The notes: generated by a model from the sequence alone, not told the origin. DNA of 64,000 nucleotides from an uncultured virus (IMG/VR IMGVR_UViG_3300042364_000900) (IMGVR_UViG_3300042364_000900), one strand, 5' to 3'. Shown: positions 52,788 through 62,848, numbered from the stretch's first letter. A program made the numbers and translations.

Positions 52788-54832
52788 TGTACGCGCTCGA
52801 TAGCGATCACCAACGCCGCTACCCCAGGAAGACCCGCCAGACCCGACGACGGCAGCAGGAAATCACCGCCCAGGAGCGCCGCCTTGATTTCTCGGCCCAA
52901 CAGGCACTGGAACGGCAGAGCGGAATAGATCTCTGGTATCGCCTCGGAGGCGATATGTTTCTCCAGTGGGCCAAGAGCCATTACCGCCGCAGCAACGGCG
53001 AGCCACTCCACTGGATTGAACCAACCCAGGAAGAGTTTTACCTCGTGATGGGGAACCCCTGGATTGAATTCCTGGTGGTCGAGAAGCCCTCGCAGGTTGG
53101 ATTCACCGAGTCCCTCATCGCGATGCTGGGGTTCATCCTGGCGGAAGTTAAGATTCCGTGCGGCCAGGGCTTCGAGGCAGAACGCAAGCTCCGGGAACTG
53201 GTGCCCAGGATTCAGTCCACATTCGATTTCATTGATCGGATCCAGGCAGTCCGGCGATCGCGCCGTGCCGCAACGGGTCGGAAGGATGTGGATCACAAGG
53301 AACGGAAAATGACGGTCGGGGGCGTGGAGTGTACGTTCTGGTACGCCAGCACCACCACCAAAAACAAGCAGGAACGACAAGCATCCAGTACGCTGTCGAG
53401 CTTCCCGGCCTGGTACCAGGGGGCAGACGAAATCGAACTGTACCCAGAGGGCGTCATTGATGTCGCCAAAAAACGGATGGCCGCGAGCACGCTCCAAACA
53501 AAACCCTTCAGGGTTGGGAGTACTCCCGGCCACGAGGGCGGTATCGTCGATTCACTGGTCCGCAGTTCACTCTACTTTTTCCAGTGGCGTGTCAGGTGTC
53601 CGGCCTGCGGGGAATCACAATTTCTGGATGGATTCGGCAACCTGCTGCAACCTGTCGCGCAGGAGCTGGATGACGGCACCGTTGAGGAACGGTATGTGGA
53701 TGTGACGGGCCGCCCTCTGAAATGGTTCTGCTACGACGACAGCACCCGGCGACTCAGCATCGATACTTCTTACATTGGATGCCAGCACTGCGGAGCCGAA
53801 CTACCCGAAGCGGCGATCGAATCCATCCCGCAGGGTGGAACTGGCGAATTCGTTTGCGTCAACACTGGTGCAAAACTCCGGGATGTGTGCCGCGACCTGA
53901 CACTCCGGCAGGAACCGCTCCATGATTCGGTGGCGTTGCGGCTCCCCCGGCTCGCATCCAAACTGTTCAATCCTGCCGAAACAATCCGGGATCTGATGAC
54001 CTCCCGGAACACTGCTGACGCGATCCAACAGGGCCTGGGCCGAGCCATCACGATCGGGGTCGGGAAAATCTCGCTGCCGCGCCTCCAGCGATCCAGCGGG
54101 TTGGCGTTGCCAGACTGGTGTCAGAGCCGCGCTCCAGATCTGGTTGTCCTGGGGGGTGACCAGGGCAGTGCATTCAACTATGCGGTTCGAACCGAATGGT
54201 ATCTCCCGCCAGATGAGCCAGATCCAGAAGTCCGCTGGCTCGGTGCCCATGTGGTTCTGAGTTGGTGGGGCCATGTCTACGGGTTCGACGGGGTAGAGGA
54301 TGAGATCGCCCGCCACGGCATTGATCTGGTGGGATTCGACGGTGAGCCGGAGAAACAGTTGGCTGCTGCATTCGCCCGGAAGCATCCCGCCCAGGCATTC
54401 TGGTACCAGAAGCCTGTGACTGATAAGGGTACGACCTGCTACCGATCCGGCGATCGCAAAGGCGCGACATTCCTGTTCGATCAGGTGCAGCTCAAGGGCG
54501 AAACATTCCGCCGCACTGAACGGAATATCCAGGATGAGCAAGTCCCGATCTATGCGCTCCACCGCACCTTCGGGTTAGATGCGGTGCGCGATCGCATCTA
54601 CCGGGGGCAGCTCCACATGCCGGAAGGGATGCAGTACGACCCGCGCGATGAAGAAAACCTGTTCCTCCACCTGTTGGCGAGCGAACGCCGTACCGATGGA
54701 ATCTGGAGCCAGACCCCTGGTATCCCGGATCACTACCACCATGCCTTGTGCTTCGCCGAGATGGCGGTTCTGGCTGCATTCTACGAACCCAGGCCCAAAC
54801 GGTTGGCGTTCGGCTCTTTCAAGCGAGGTTGA
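52787..54832 (+). CDS. terL: terminase large subunit (lambda gpA-like)
   Basis: VVEKPSQVGFTE (Walker A variant), GADEIE (Walker B), GSTP, CPACG, nuclease GGDQG...DHYHHA. Confidence 0.9.
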   Translation: MYALDSDHQRRYPRKTRQTRRRQQEITAQERRLDFSAQQALERQSGIDLWYRLGGDMFLQWAKSHYRRSNGEPLHWIEPTQEEFYLVMGNPWIEFLVVEKPSQVGFTESLIAMLGFILAEVKIPCGQGFEAERKLRELVPRIQSTFDFIDRIQAVRRSRRAATGRKDVDHKERKMTVGGVECTFWYASTTTKNKQERQASSTLSSFPAWYQGADEIELYPEGVIDVAKKRMAASTLQTKPFRVGSTPGHEGGIVDSLVRSSLYFFQWRVRCPACGESQFLDGFGNLLQPVAQELDDGTVEERYVDVTGRPLKWFCYDDSTRRLSIDTSYIGCQHCGAELPEAAIESIPQGGTGEFVCVNTGAKLRDVCRDLTLRQEPLHDSVALRLPRLASKLFNPAETIRDLMTSRNTADAIQQGLGRAITIGVGKISLPRLQRSSGLALPDWCQSRAPDLVVLGGDQGSAFNYAVRTEWYLPPDEPDPEVRWLGAHVVLSWWGHVYGFDGVEDEIARHGIDLVGFDGEPEKQLAAAFARKHPAQAFWYQKPVTDKGTTCYRSGDRKGATFLFDQVQLKGETFRRTERNIQDEQVPIYALHRTFGLDAVRDRIYRGQLHMPEGMQYDPRDEENLFLHLLASERRTDGIWSQTPGIPDHYHHALCFAEMAVLAAFYEPRPKRLAFGSFKRG

Positions 54833-55566
54833 TGATGCAGATGATCCAATGGGCAGGGGAATCGATTCATTGGGGAACCCCACCCCGGAGCGATCGCCCC
54901 AAATTCCTGTTCCCGCTGGTGGAAGAATCCGTCCTGGAGGTTGCGTTTTCGGATTCACCGCTCCGGAAACTCCCGAAGGCCGCCGCGATCGCCTGCACGA
55001 GCCGGTTGGCCCAGCGGGCATTGATCGAGCTGCACTGCCCCGAACTAAATCCCTGGTGGGAGCCGTGGCGGTTCCGCGCCGCTGTCGTGAAGGCTCCAGC
55101 CAGTACCCAGAATGAAGGGGTCCGGTTCTTTACCCAGCGGATCGAAATGGTGGATCTGCTGGAACGTTATGCCCCAGGGTTTGCCCATGCTGGCGTAGTG
55201 GAACAGTTCCTCAATGGCGATGCTTACGAGATCGACGGCGTTGTATTCGGCCCCGACCATTTCTATTTTTTCAATGCCCTGCGGCAGACCTGGGCAGGTG
55301 ATGCGATCGCCCACTATGGCGGGGTGGATGATCACGGCATCACGACCCAGCTCCGGCGCGTCGCTCAACAGGTCGTCCAAGCAGTAGGGTTACGCGATTG
55401 CCCATTCTGCTGTGAGTTCCGATTGATCGGTAACCTCTGGAAACTCGTGGAAGTGCAGGCTCGCATCGGCGAAGATCGTCGGGAGTACCGGGAACTGCTG
55501 TGCAGGGGAGATGCGATCGCCGTGGCGGAACGGTGGTCGCATGAGTATCTGGAATCTGCGCTGTAG
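54832..55566 (+). CDS. ATP-grasp domain protein
   Basis: VVKAP.S....GV, VVEQFLNG..YEIDG, CCEFR....KLVEVQARIG; TGATG overlap with terL. Confidence 0.8.
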   Translation: MMQMIQWAGESIHWGTPPRSDRPKFLFPLVEESVLEVAFSDSPLRKLPKAAAIACTSRLAQRALIELHCPELNPWWEPWRFRAAVVKAPASTQNEGVRFFTQRIEMVDLLERYAPGFAHAGVVEQFLNGDAYEIDGVVFGPDHFYFFNALRQTWAGDAIAHYGGVDDHGITTQLRRVAQQVVQAVGLRDCPFCCEFRLIGNLWKLVEVQARIGEDRREYRELLCRGDAIAVAERWSHEYLESAL

Positions 55567-55684
55567 GGAGCGATCGCCCACATCAGTTACGAAAGTCAGG
55601 CCAAATGTGCGGTATGGTTACGGGGCTTAGGCCCCCGCGAAAAAATCGCCTGCACTTGGCTCAAGCACAGGCAGGATAAGGGGT

Positions 55685-56521
55685 TTACGGTCGCGAAGGG
55701 ATGCGATCGCTATGTGATTTCGAGAGAAGTGGTGATTGACCAAGGCATCGATATGCCTCCACCTCTTGCTCGGCTTCATTCATCGCCCGATCCCGGATCT
55801 CCTCTGGTGAAACCACCAGAACTTTCCCTCGGTATCTTCCGAGATCCTGGAGCAGCCAGAAAACGCTCCAACACTTTCGGATGACGATGGTCTTGCCGTC
55901 CACCTGTTCCAGCTCGTCGCCCTCATGGGGTGTGTAGCGGAATCCAGGCTGGATCTGAAGCTGAACTGGGATTGAGTCCAGTCCATGAACCCGCCATTCC
56001 CCAGTAGAGCGGGAAACTGCCGTGATGTGATCGAGCCGGATGGTTCGGTTGTGCCGCAGAGCCTCTGGCTCACCTGAGTCGATCTCCCCTTCTATCCATA
56101 CCCGAAGCTGCGGACGGCCACCCGAAGGCGTCCAGAAATCTCCGTAGTGGCAGTTGTAAACATTGCCGCTGGCGCTGGTGACGGCAAACGACGATCGCTC
56201 CTGAATGAGCTTGTAGAGATCGCTCACTACGTCCCTGGCTACCACTTTCGACCAGAAAGTGGAATCTACCCCGGTTGAGAGGCGAATCCACTCAGATAGC
56301 TGACTTGCCGCCTGAAGGTTGTTCAGGCTCAACAAGCACGTCACCCCCTCCAATAAGGCACTTGTCTGCTCTGCGGTTGGGGCAAACGTATTGATTTCGC
56401 CATTAGCGATCATCTGGCAGAACTTACTTGGATCCAGTCCGTATGACTGGGCGATCGCAGCAAATCGCTGAAACTGATCCTCCCCGTCGGCAAAGCTGAT
56501 TTGTTTTCCAATCCGCGCCAT
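55685..56521 (-). CDS. WYL-domain transcriptional regulator (RHH-like N-terminus, WYL, WCX)
   Basis: HNRTIRLDHI, FWLLQDLGRY....VVSPEEIR; cyanobacterial Sll7009-like architecture. Confidence 0.82.
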   Translation of the reverse strand: MARIGKQISFADGEDQFQRFAAIAQSYGLDPSKFCQMIANGEINTFAPTAEQTSALLEGVTCLLSLNNLQAASQLSEWIRLSTGVDSTFWSKVVARDVVSDLYKLIQERSSFAVTSASGNVYNCHYGDFWTPSGGRPQLRVWIEGEIDSGEPEALRHNRTIRLDHITAVSRSTGEWRVHGLDSIPVQLQIQPGFRYTPHEGDELEQVDGKTIVIRKCWSVFWLLQDLGRYRGKVLVVSPEEIRDRAMNEAEQEVEAYRCLGQSPLLSKSHSDRIPSRP

Positions 56522-56563
56522 ATCCTTCCCTTTGCTCCTGTGTCTACAACTGTAAAACTTGTG

Positions 56564-56592
56564 TTGACAAAAAGCAAGTCATTCCCTACAGT
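56564..56592 (+). promoter_or_regulatory. sigma70-type promoter for the operon divergent from WYL
   Basis: TTGACA-17-TACAGT, flanked by related motifs CTACAACTGTAAAAC and CTACAGTAAAC. Confidence 0.7.
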
Positions 56593-56632
56593 AAACACAG
56601 AAGCTAATTTTGTGGTCACAGAGGGAACCGAA

Positions 56633-57301
56633 ATGACACCGAGGGAGCAGCTCAAGCGCGAAATCATTGAATACCTGATGGAGTCTGGAGCGATTAATCG
56701 GGCCAACCCTGACAAGGTAAAGATTGCTAAGGCTCTCAAGGTGATCAAGGATGCGGCTCACGAGTGGCTTGCCCCCGATGAGGTAAGGAAAAGTCCTCGT
56801 GAGTTTCCTGCTGAGTGGATCAACTACCTCGGTTGGCTCAAGTTGAATCAGGTTGAGCTGGGCGATCGCTTCTACTTCTGCATCGCAAACTCTTTTGCTC
56901 CCCGCCACTATCAGACGGTGGTGGGTTTTGTGCTGAGGCTAGAGGTGATTATTGATGCCGAGATTGATGCGGTTATCGGACAACAAGATAAAGCTGAGTC
57001 GGCGCTGGAACATCAGCGCTCGGCGATTTTTAGGGATGACTACGAGTACGCCGACGTACCCGGTGAAGTAATCGTTTATTTAGACAGGATCGAGGTCCAA
57101 GCGTTTGGATTCCGCGAGGGATTCAAAGAGCTGTTGCCCGCAGGTGGCAAATATCAAGGGAAGGGGACGGGCTGCTGGTGCTATCCCCGAAATGAAAAGT
57201 TTGAAGCAGTTTTCTGTCAGGCCAGAAACGGTCTGTATCACGGAATGCCTGTGCTCTACGCCGATGGCGTTGAAAACCCTTATGGTATCGTCGCCGCTTA
57301 G
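56633..57301 (+). CDS. hypothetical protein
   Basis: GAGGG RBS before ATG 56633. Confidence 0.7.
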   Translation: MTPREQLKREIIEYLMESGAINRANPDKVKIAKALKVIKDAAHEWLAPDEVRKSPREFPAEWINYLGWLKLNQVELGDRFYFCIANSFAPRHYQTVVGFVLRLEVIIDAEIDAVIGQQDKAESALEHQRSAIFRDDYEYADVPGEVIVYLDRIEVQAFGFREGFKELLPAGGKYQGKGTGCWCYPRNEKFEAVFCQARNGLYHGMPVLYADGVENPYGIVAA

Positions 57302-57313
57302 GAGATCATCACT

Positions 57314-57679
57314 ATGACAAGGATGGAATTGGCAGCGGCGATCGCCGCTGCTGTGGACTGCGCAGCAAATGTCTGGCAGTCCTCTGATGGCAAGATAGTT
57401 CGGGTTTACCTGTCCCACCGGGGGAAGAAATACGGGTTCGTCACCGTTGCCCTGAGTGGCATCGAATTTGCGCTGACCAGCTATGCCAATAACGCCTACG
57501 GATCTGCCATTCGTACCACCGCAAATGGCGTGACTATCGACGAACCGGAGCAGATTGCTCCAAGCGTTCGACGATTGACCGCCTCAGAGGCGGATTCGAT
57601 CGCCCGCCAACCTAGAACGATTCACAATTCCGATGATGGTGAGTGGCATTTTGGTGCCGCCGATGAAGAAAGTTTTTAG
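57314..57679 (+). CDS. hypothetical protein
   Basis: AGGAG RBS, 121 aa. Confidence 0.72.
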   Translation: MTRMELAAAIAAAVDCAANVWQSSDGKIVRVYLSHRGKKYGFVTVALSGIEFALTSYANNAYGSAIRTTANGVTIDEPEQIAPSVRRLTASEADSIARQPRTIHNSDDGEWHFGAADEESF

Positions 57680-57691
57680 CAGGAGTAGCTC

Positions 57692-58351
57692 ATGTCAGGA
57701 ATTGATTTTTCAGGATTGTCAGATGAGCAGCTTCTACAACTGCTGACGGAAGCGATGGCCGAGGCGATGAACCGGGGTGAGGTAGTGCGCCTAGCAGCGC
57801 AAGATGCCGTGCTTTCTACAGAGGAGAAGCTCCAAATTCAGCAGCGAGTGGCCGCTCAATACGCAGAGCGAAAGCTGCAGGAGGAGCGGCAGAGGGTAGA
57901 GCGTGAGGCCGAAGAAAAGCACAAGGCCAAAGAACTCAAGCAGCAAGCCGAGAAGACCGAAACACTCTGGTCAGCTCGTGCTGCGATCGTTGCCGCCATC
58001 CGTCAATGGGGCTACGACGGGGATTTTGAGATAAATATTTGGTCCAGCGGAGCAGATCGACGGGTTTACTTCCAGAAGACTGTATCCAGCGGTCGCCGTG
58101 GCTTTACAGCGGAGTGGAAATTCTGCCTGTATGTAACGGGCAATAATTACCAGGCTCCCGGTGCATTTATCGGTGAAGGTGCCAATTGCTGGTTTGACGA
58201 CAAGCAGGAATTGCTCCAAGCGTTTCTGCTTGAAGTCGCAAACGCATGGAAGGGCGACATGAAGATGTCTTCCGATACGGGAACCGCAGAGCCATCTGAG
58301 AAGTGGCTGAAGAAATACCTGGCAGTCCTCAATGGAGGAGTCTCAAAATGA
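57692..58351 (+). CDS. hypothetical protein (coiled coil plus globular domain)
   Basis: AGGAG RBS, 219 aa. Confidence 0.72.
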   Translation: MSGIDFSGLSDEQLLQLLTEAMAEAMNRGEVVRLAAQDAVLSTEEKLQIQQRVAAQYAERKLQEERQRVEREAEEKHKAKELKQQAEKTETLWSARAAIVAAIRQWGYDGDFEINIWSSGADRRVYFQKTVSSGRRGFTAEWKFCLYVTGNNYQAPGAFIGEGANCWFDDKQELLQAFLLEVANAWKGDMKMSSDTGTAEPSEKWLKKYLAVLNGGVSK

Positions 58352-58941
58352 ATCTCACCAATCCCTTCGCCTCTGTTATAGCCCAAGCCGCTCAGCAGGA
58401 AGGGGACACAGAAACCCTGAAGCAATATGCCCAGCGGCTAAATCCGAAGAAGGCTTCTGGTTCCCTCCTCCTTCTCGACATTTCCGGCTCCATGTCGGAA
58501 ACGATTGAGAACGGCATTCGCAAAATCGATATCCTGCGGCAGGCACTGAACCGTCCCCTGCACCCAGGGGAGCAGGCGATCGCATTCAATAGCGCCTGGT
58601 ACCCACTCCTGAGCCTCCAGGCGATTCCTGAACCCAGCGGCAGTACCGCACTGCACTACGCTATACAGGAGGTCGCCACAACCTACAAGCCGGCTACTAC
58701 CCTGGTGGTCTGCGACGGTAGACCGGATTCTCCAGAGCAGGCGCTGGAGGCGATCAGAAAACTGAGCGGCGTGATCAATACGCTCTACATCGGGCCGGAT
58801 AATGATCAGGCGGCCATCGACTTTATGCGGAAATTGGCACGGGCGGGATGCGGTCGCGCTCACTGTTGCGATCTGCGACGGAATGCCGCGCCACAACTCA
58901 GTAGTGCGATCGCTGGCTTACTTCCTCCGAGCCAAGCGTAG
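58348..58941 (+). CDS. von Willebrand factor A (vWA) domain protein
   Basis: MIDAS LLLLDISGSM, GSTAL, VVCDG.P; GGAGGAG RBS and ATGA overlap. Confidence 0.88.
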   Translation: MNLTNPFASVIAQAAQQEGDTETLKQYAQRLNPKKASGSLLLLDISGSMSETIENGIRKIDILRQALNRPLHPGEQAIAFNSAWYPLLSLQAIPEPSGSTALHYAIQEVATTYKPATTLVVCDGRPDSPEQALEAIRKLSGVINTLYIGPDNDQAAIDFMRKLARAGCGRAHCCDLRRNAAPQLSSAIAGLLPPSQA

Positions 58942-58972
58942 GCGAGAAAAGGGGTTTACGCGCACCGCGCCA

Positions 58973-59512
58973 TCAATATGGAATTTCCGTCTCTTCCCAG
59001 TCGCCGCATTCATCACCAGCGGGACCGTAAGGGTGCATCCCGCAGACCAACAGGATGTCGTTGTGGGTATGGCCATGATGGTGTTTGCATCCAAGGCATA
59101 TCGGGTTGGTGGCAGCAACTGGTTTATCCACCATGAAGGTCGTGATCGTCCAGTTGTCTTCCTGTTCCTTAACGGCAGATCCTGCCCTTGGGATTACCCG
59201 GAGGGTGACTTGATCCAGGTGCTTCCTTTCCCCAAGTTTGTACCCTTCGACCTGGCCCCAGATTGTGCGATCGCCATCCCGCAATATCCTGCCTGGTTGG
59301 ATGCTCCAGTTTTGACCCTGGTGAAATCTGATCCGAATGAGCATTGCTCCCGACATCGCATTGACTTCATGCCAATCCAGTACAAAGTTTGCTGACCACA
59401 GAACCGGGCCATCCCGATCGAACTCCATAATCAATCCAGGGGACCAATTCGTGTAACTGTAGGGTCCTGTCGGGCCTTGCAAATTTATTGAGGCAAATCT
59501 CCAGCATTGCAT
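58973..59512 (-). CDS. hypothetical protein with C-terminal DUF6464-like Cys/His domain
   Basis: CLGCKHHHG...LVCGMHPYGP..DECGDW; start uncertain. Confidence 0.65.
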   Translation of the reverse strand: MQCWRFASINLQGPTGPYSYTNWSPGLIMEFDRDGPVLWSANFVLDWHEVNAMSGAMLIRIRFHQGQNWSIQPGRILRDGDRTIWGQVEGYKLGERKHLDQVTLRVIPRAGSAVKEQEDNWTITTFMVDKPVAATNPICLGCKHHHGHTHNDILLVCGMHPYGPAGDECGDWEETEIPY

Positions 59513-59589
59513 AAGGGCGATCGCTCATGTGCCAATTCAGTTTAGTTGACGAATCGGCACAATTAACCAATCTCGATTTGTCAACTAAT

Positions 59590-59615
59590 AAAAAAGCCAC
59601 CCCCGTAGGAGCGGC
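59590..59615 (-). terminator. intrinsic terminator downstream of the radical SAM operon
   Basis: Minus strand GCCGCTCC-TACG-GGGGTGGC-TTTTTT. Confidence 0.7.
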
Positions 59616-59734
59616 GAACGGTGTTCCCAGTTGATCTGCCCGCTGGGGCTTTCCCAAAGGATGCCCAGTGAATGAAGGGGCGATCAATCAGGTCGTGAAA
59701 TCTGTGGCGGGACGATGGAATTTCCCAGAATTTA

Positions 59735-60619
59735 TTAAAGGCGACGAGCGATCGCCGCTTCATGAACCGATTCAGGGGTAGAGCTTGCCACGTTCGAGAT
59801 TCGCAACAGCTCGTTTACCATCGCGATCGCCTCAGTTTTGGTTACCCGAGGCGACAGTTTCAACCCATCCCGGAGATACCACTCCTTTGGAGAGAGAAGC
59901 GATAGGCCAGCATCAGTGACCCGATCGCGCCATCCATCCTCTGGTAGCACTTCGTCAATACCGTGTCCCTCGTACAACAGCTTACTGGAATCAGGCATCC
60001 AGTCCCTCATTGTTTCGGAATTATAGCGCAGGCCCTTGATGCAAACCTCCTGATACCCCAACTCACACAGTCGTGGCAGAAACGACAAATCTGAAACACC
60101 GGAGATGTAGGGATGGCACATAGGTAGGCATCTTACGCTGAACTCCTGTGCCAACTCCAGAGTGCGGAGATGCACTCGACTAGGAACACGCTCGACTGGC
60201 GGTTTGTTGCCAGTGATGGTGACAACCAGGAACAGGTTTGGGATTTGAGCCAGTTCCTGCATCAGATCTCGGTTGATGCTCCACTTGGTCACGACTGTCA
60301 GTAATTTGGCCTCTAAGTGAGTACTGTGAACCCATTCCCAAAAGAACGGGAGTAACTGTGGCATCATGCCATCTGTTACGGCGGTCCAACCAGCAAAGTC
60401 GCCTCGAAACAAACGCCAGGGAGTTGCTTTGAAACGCTGTTGAGTCTCCTGATCTTCCGTAATCCAGGGCGGTACATTCATGAAGGTGCAAGCTTTGTTG
60501 ATGCCCAACAGGCCGCGTGACCAGGCAGCGGTACGGTTGGCGTCCAGTTCGGTGACGTGGCAGTACCGACAGGCAACCGGACAGGCGGGCTTGCCTACTT
60601 CAAACCGAAATTCGCCCAT
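59735..60619 (-). CDS. radical SAM enzyme (spore-photoproduct-lyase-like fold)
   Basis: CPVACRYC (CX3CX2C), VVTK, VTITG, HPYISGVSD. Confidence 0.85.
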   Translation of the reverse strand: MGEFRFEVGKPACPVACRYCHVTELDANRTAAWSRGLLGINKACTFMNVPPWITEDQETQQRFKATPWRLFRGDFAGWTAVTDGMMPQLLPFFWEWVHSTHLEAKLLTVVTKWSINRDLMQELAQIPNLFLVVTITGNKPPVERVPSRVHLRTLELAQEFSVRCLPMCHPYISGVSDLSFLPRLCELGYQEVCIKGLRYNSETMRDWMPDSSKLLYEGHGIDEVLPEDGWRDRVTDAGLSLLSPKEWYLRDGLKLSPRVTKTEAIAMVNELLRISNVASSTPESVHEAAIARRL

Positions 60620-61172
60620 GCCGTGCCAGCTCCTTCAGTATTGCTAAGGTTACATCCTGCTGGGGTTGTTCTGCGTCAACCTCAACAAGGTGATTCAATT
60701 CCTGCCAGTTCGCCCTGTAGCCAATGTTCTGCAATAGCTCAGGCAGTCGCGATCGCTCCATTTCCATCCGGGACTTCCATTTCTCCAGGGAGTCGCCTGC
60801 GCGATCGCGGTCTACGACACGGCGCTGACTCTCTTGCTCTGAAATCTTCAGATGCACAAAAAAATTGAGAAAGCCGTCCCATGAAATGGAGTCTTTCTGA
60901 ATTCGATCACGGGGGAAGCCATCCACGATGCATCCCCCTTGCTTGGGGACAGAATCGTAAAATAGCGCGATTGCTACGTCCGGTGACAAAGGCTCCCAGT
61001 TGGATCTTTTATGTACTTCACGAATGCAATCTGCCAGTTGCCCCTCTCCATTTTTGGCAAGTTCACGGGCGCGATCGCCCAGACTTATGTGGGGAACATT
61101 CAGTATCTTGCTGAGTGCTTCCCCTTGAGTCCCCTTGCCTGCGCCAGGTAATCCCAGTAAAAAGATTCTCAT
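60600..61172 (-). CDS. nucleoside monophosphate kinase (adenylate kinase family, short LID)
   Basis: GLPGAGKGTQ P-loop, HISLGD..RE, IVDGFPR. Confidence 0.9.
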   Translation of the reverse strand: MRIFLLGLPGAGKGTQGEALSKILNVPHISLGDRARELAKNGEGQLADCIREVHKRSNWEPLSPDVAIALFYDSVPKQGGCIVDGFPRDRIQKDSISWDGFLNFFVHLKISEQESQRRVVDRDRAGDSLEKWKSRMEMERSRLPELLQNIGYRANWQELNHLVEVDAEQPQQDVTLAILKELARHGRISV

Positions 61173-61408
61173 GATTGAGCCAACCTAACGTTGCTGTACT
61201 GTGGGTCTCCGGTTACTTCCAGCCATAACCAGTCTGGTAGAACCGGAATGTCCGCCAGCTTAATTTCAGCGATCACCAGTCCATCGTGATTACCCTCAAA
61301 CTTATCGACAGTCCACAGTTGATCGCCTACTTTGATCTCGTGCCGGACTTTGCTGAGTCGATACATTGCTGTCTGTTGAAGGTCGATCGCATCGGCAATC
61401 GGAATCTC

Positions 61409-62848
61409 TTGACTTCTCCCCCGCATGAATGACGGGGGATTCCCAAGTGATGCTACGCAACGGGCTGAAGCCGCGTTGCTTCGCTTTTCCCTTGAGCTGT
61501 CACCCACAACTTAATGCGGGTGGGGGCAGTCAAAGACCCCCTACCAACTCCGCTCAGACTAAATCCAAGCATCGTCGCTACTTTACGCAGAATGTTGGCA
61601 GCGCCATTACAATCCGCGTTGATATACCAATTCTGAGCAGTCCTGAACAACCCCCGCTTCGTTCGCTTCCCAGATGACTTCCAGCTATCAGGTTTTTCAC
61701 CGAATGTCGGCAAAAAGTCATCATCCACAAACGACGCTTGAGAGGTATACGACTCCTCAGTTTCAACAAACTCTATCCCATGCTGCTCTGCTAACTGAGC
61801 AATGCGCTCTTTCAGCTTTGCAGTTGGGATCTGCACAAACTTCTGATTGGTCTTCTTGCCCAGGTTGGAGCCGTCCTTTTGCCGCTGGTTCCAGCCAAAT
61901 ACAATTCGTCCAATCCGGTTTTTGATGCAATGGTCAACGACAATCCGCGCTGCCTTGTTCACCGCGTCGCGCATCTGACGATTGCGTTTCTCGGTGAGTT
62001 GAGCAAGTCGTTTCGACCAAAAGTCCTGTGACTTGCCCTCTTTCAGCGAGGCAATCTGTTTGTTGTGCCAGCGGTTCAGCGATTTGAGGTGCAGTCCATC
62101 CACAATGAAGCTGGTTCCCACATTGCTGACGCAGGTGAGCCAATTATTCAGTCCCGAATCAATCCCCAGCACCCGCATCGGGTCTACATCAACTTGGACG
62201 GGTTTCAGGCGATAGACAAACTCAGTGTAGAAACACCCGTTGCGCGGCAGAATCCGTAGTTCTTTAATGTCCTCAAATTTGAGGTTAGAGGGCATTGGAA
62301 CGGTGAACGAATCAATCTGGAACCACGTCTTCACCAACTGCCCCAGCGGAACCCGGATCATCCCATCAATCAGTTTCAGCGCTTGTTTGGGATAGCTGAC
62401 TACTGCCAACCCTCCCTTCTTCCGGTAGTCGGGCAATTTGGGCTTCTCTGCCAACTCTCCGTCCCGCCACAGCTTTGACAATGCTCGATACGACTTGAAT
62501 GACTCGTAGACTGAGCGAAGAACTTGTTGTGCAGCTTGGGAATAGAGAACTTGGAAGTGCTTACTGGATTTGTACTCAGCATCCAGGGTGAATTTGCCAA
62601 TCCACCGCCCGGTCTTGAAATGCAGTTGACGGGCATAGTAGATGCCCTGATTAGTCAGCTTGTTCGCCTCAGAGCAGATAAACTCCACCACCGCCCTGAG
62701 TTCGTTGTTGGGGTTAAGTAAAACTTGCTGGCATCCAAACATAAGACAATTGTACCAACTATTTCATCTCACTGGGGGCTAAAGCCCCTTGAGTTGACTG
62801 TATCCCCTCGCTGAAGCGGAGGGGCTTTAGTCTGCCCACATCGCCTCA
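61409..62848 (-). mobile_element. tnpB-only (IS1341-type) IS200/IS605 element, 1440 bp, inserted 3' of TTAC and ending TCAA
   Basis: Hairpins at 62804-62824 and 61418-61438; removal restores the CYTH frame and the F-D-Y-E-I-P motif. Confidence 0.9.
61453..62742 (-). CDS. tnpB: TnpB, Zn-finger-less subfamily
   Basis: LGIDSGLNN, IVFGWN (no canonical RuvC-II Glu), TEESYTS, INADCNGAANI. Confidence 0.92.
   Translation of the reverse strand: MFGCQQVLLNPNNELRAVVEFICSEANKLTNQGIYYARQLHFKTGRWIGKFTLDAEYKSSKHFQVLYSQAAQQVLRSVYESFKSYRALSKLWRDGELAEKPKLPDYRKKGGLAVVSYPKQALKLIDGMIRVPLGQLVKTWFQIDSFTVPMPSNLKFEDIKELRILPRNGCFYTEFVYRLKPVQVDVDPMRVLGIDSGLNNWLTCVSNVGTSFIVDGLHLKSLNRWHNKQIASLKEGKSQDFWSKRLAQLTEKRNRQMRDAVNKAARIVVDHCIKNRIGRIVFGWNQRQKDGSNLGKKTNQKFVQIPTAKLKERIAQLAEQHGIEFVETEESYTSQASFVDDDFLPTFGEKPDSWKSSGKRTKRGLFRTAQNWYINADCNGAANILRKVATMLGFSLSGVGRGSLTAPTRIKLWVTAQGKSEATRLQPVA

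Noticed and set aside
59616..59734. Possible ncRNA between the radical SAM stop and the terminator
   Set aside because: Only weak stems are visible and no family was recognised. It may be a plain 3' UTR.
59735..60619. Calling the radical SAM enzyme a viperin or QueE
   Set aside because: Beyond CX3CX2C the motifs look SPL-like. Viperin and QueE signatures were not recognised.
61409..62848. IStron (self-splicing IS) that could leave CYTH functional
   Set aside because: The non-coding flanks are only about 106 and 44 nt, too short for a group I intron.
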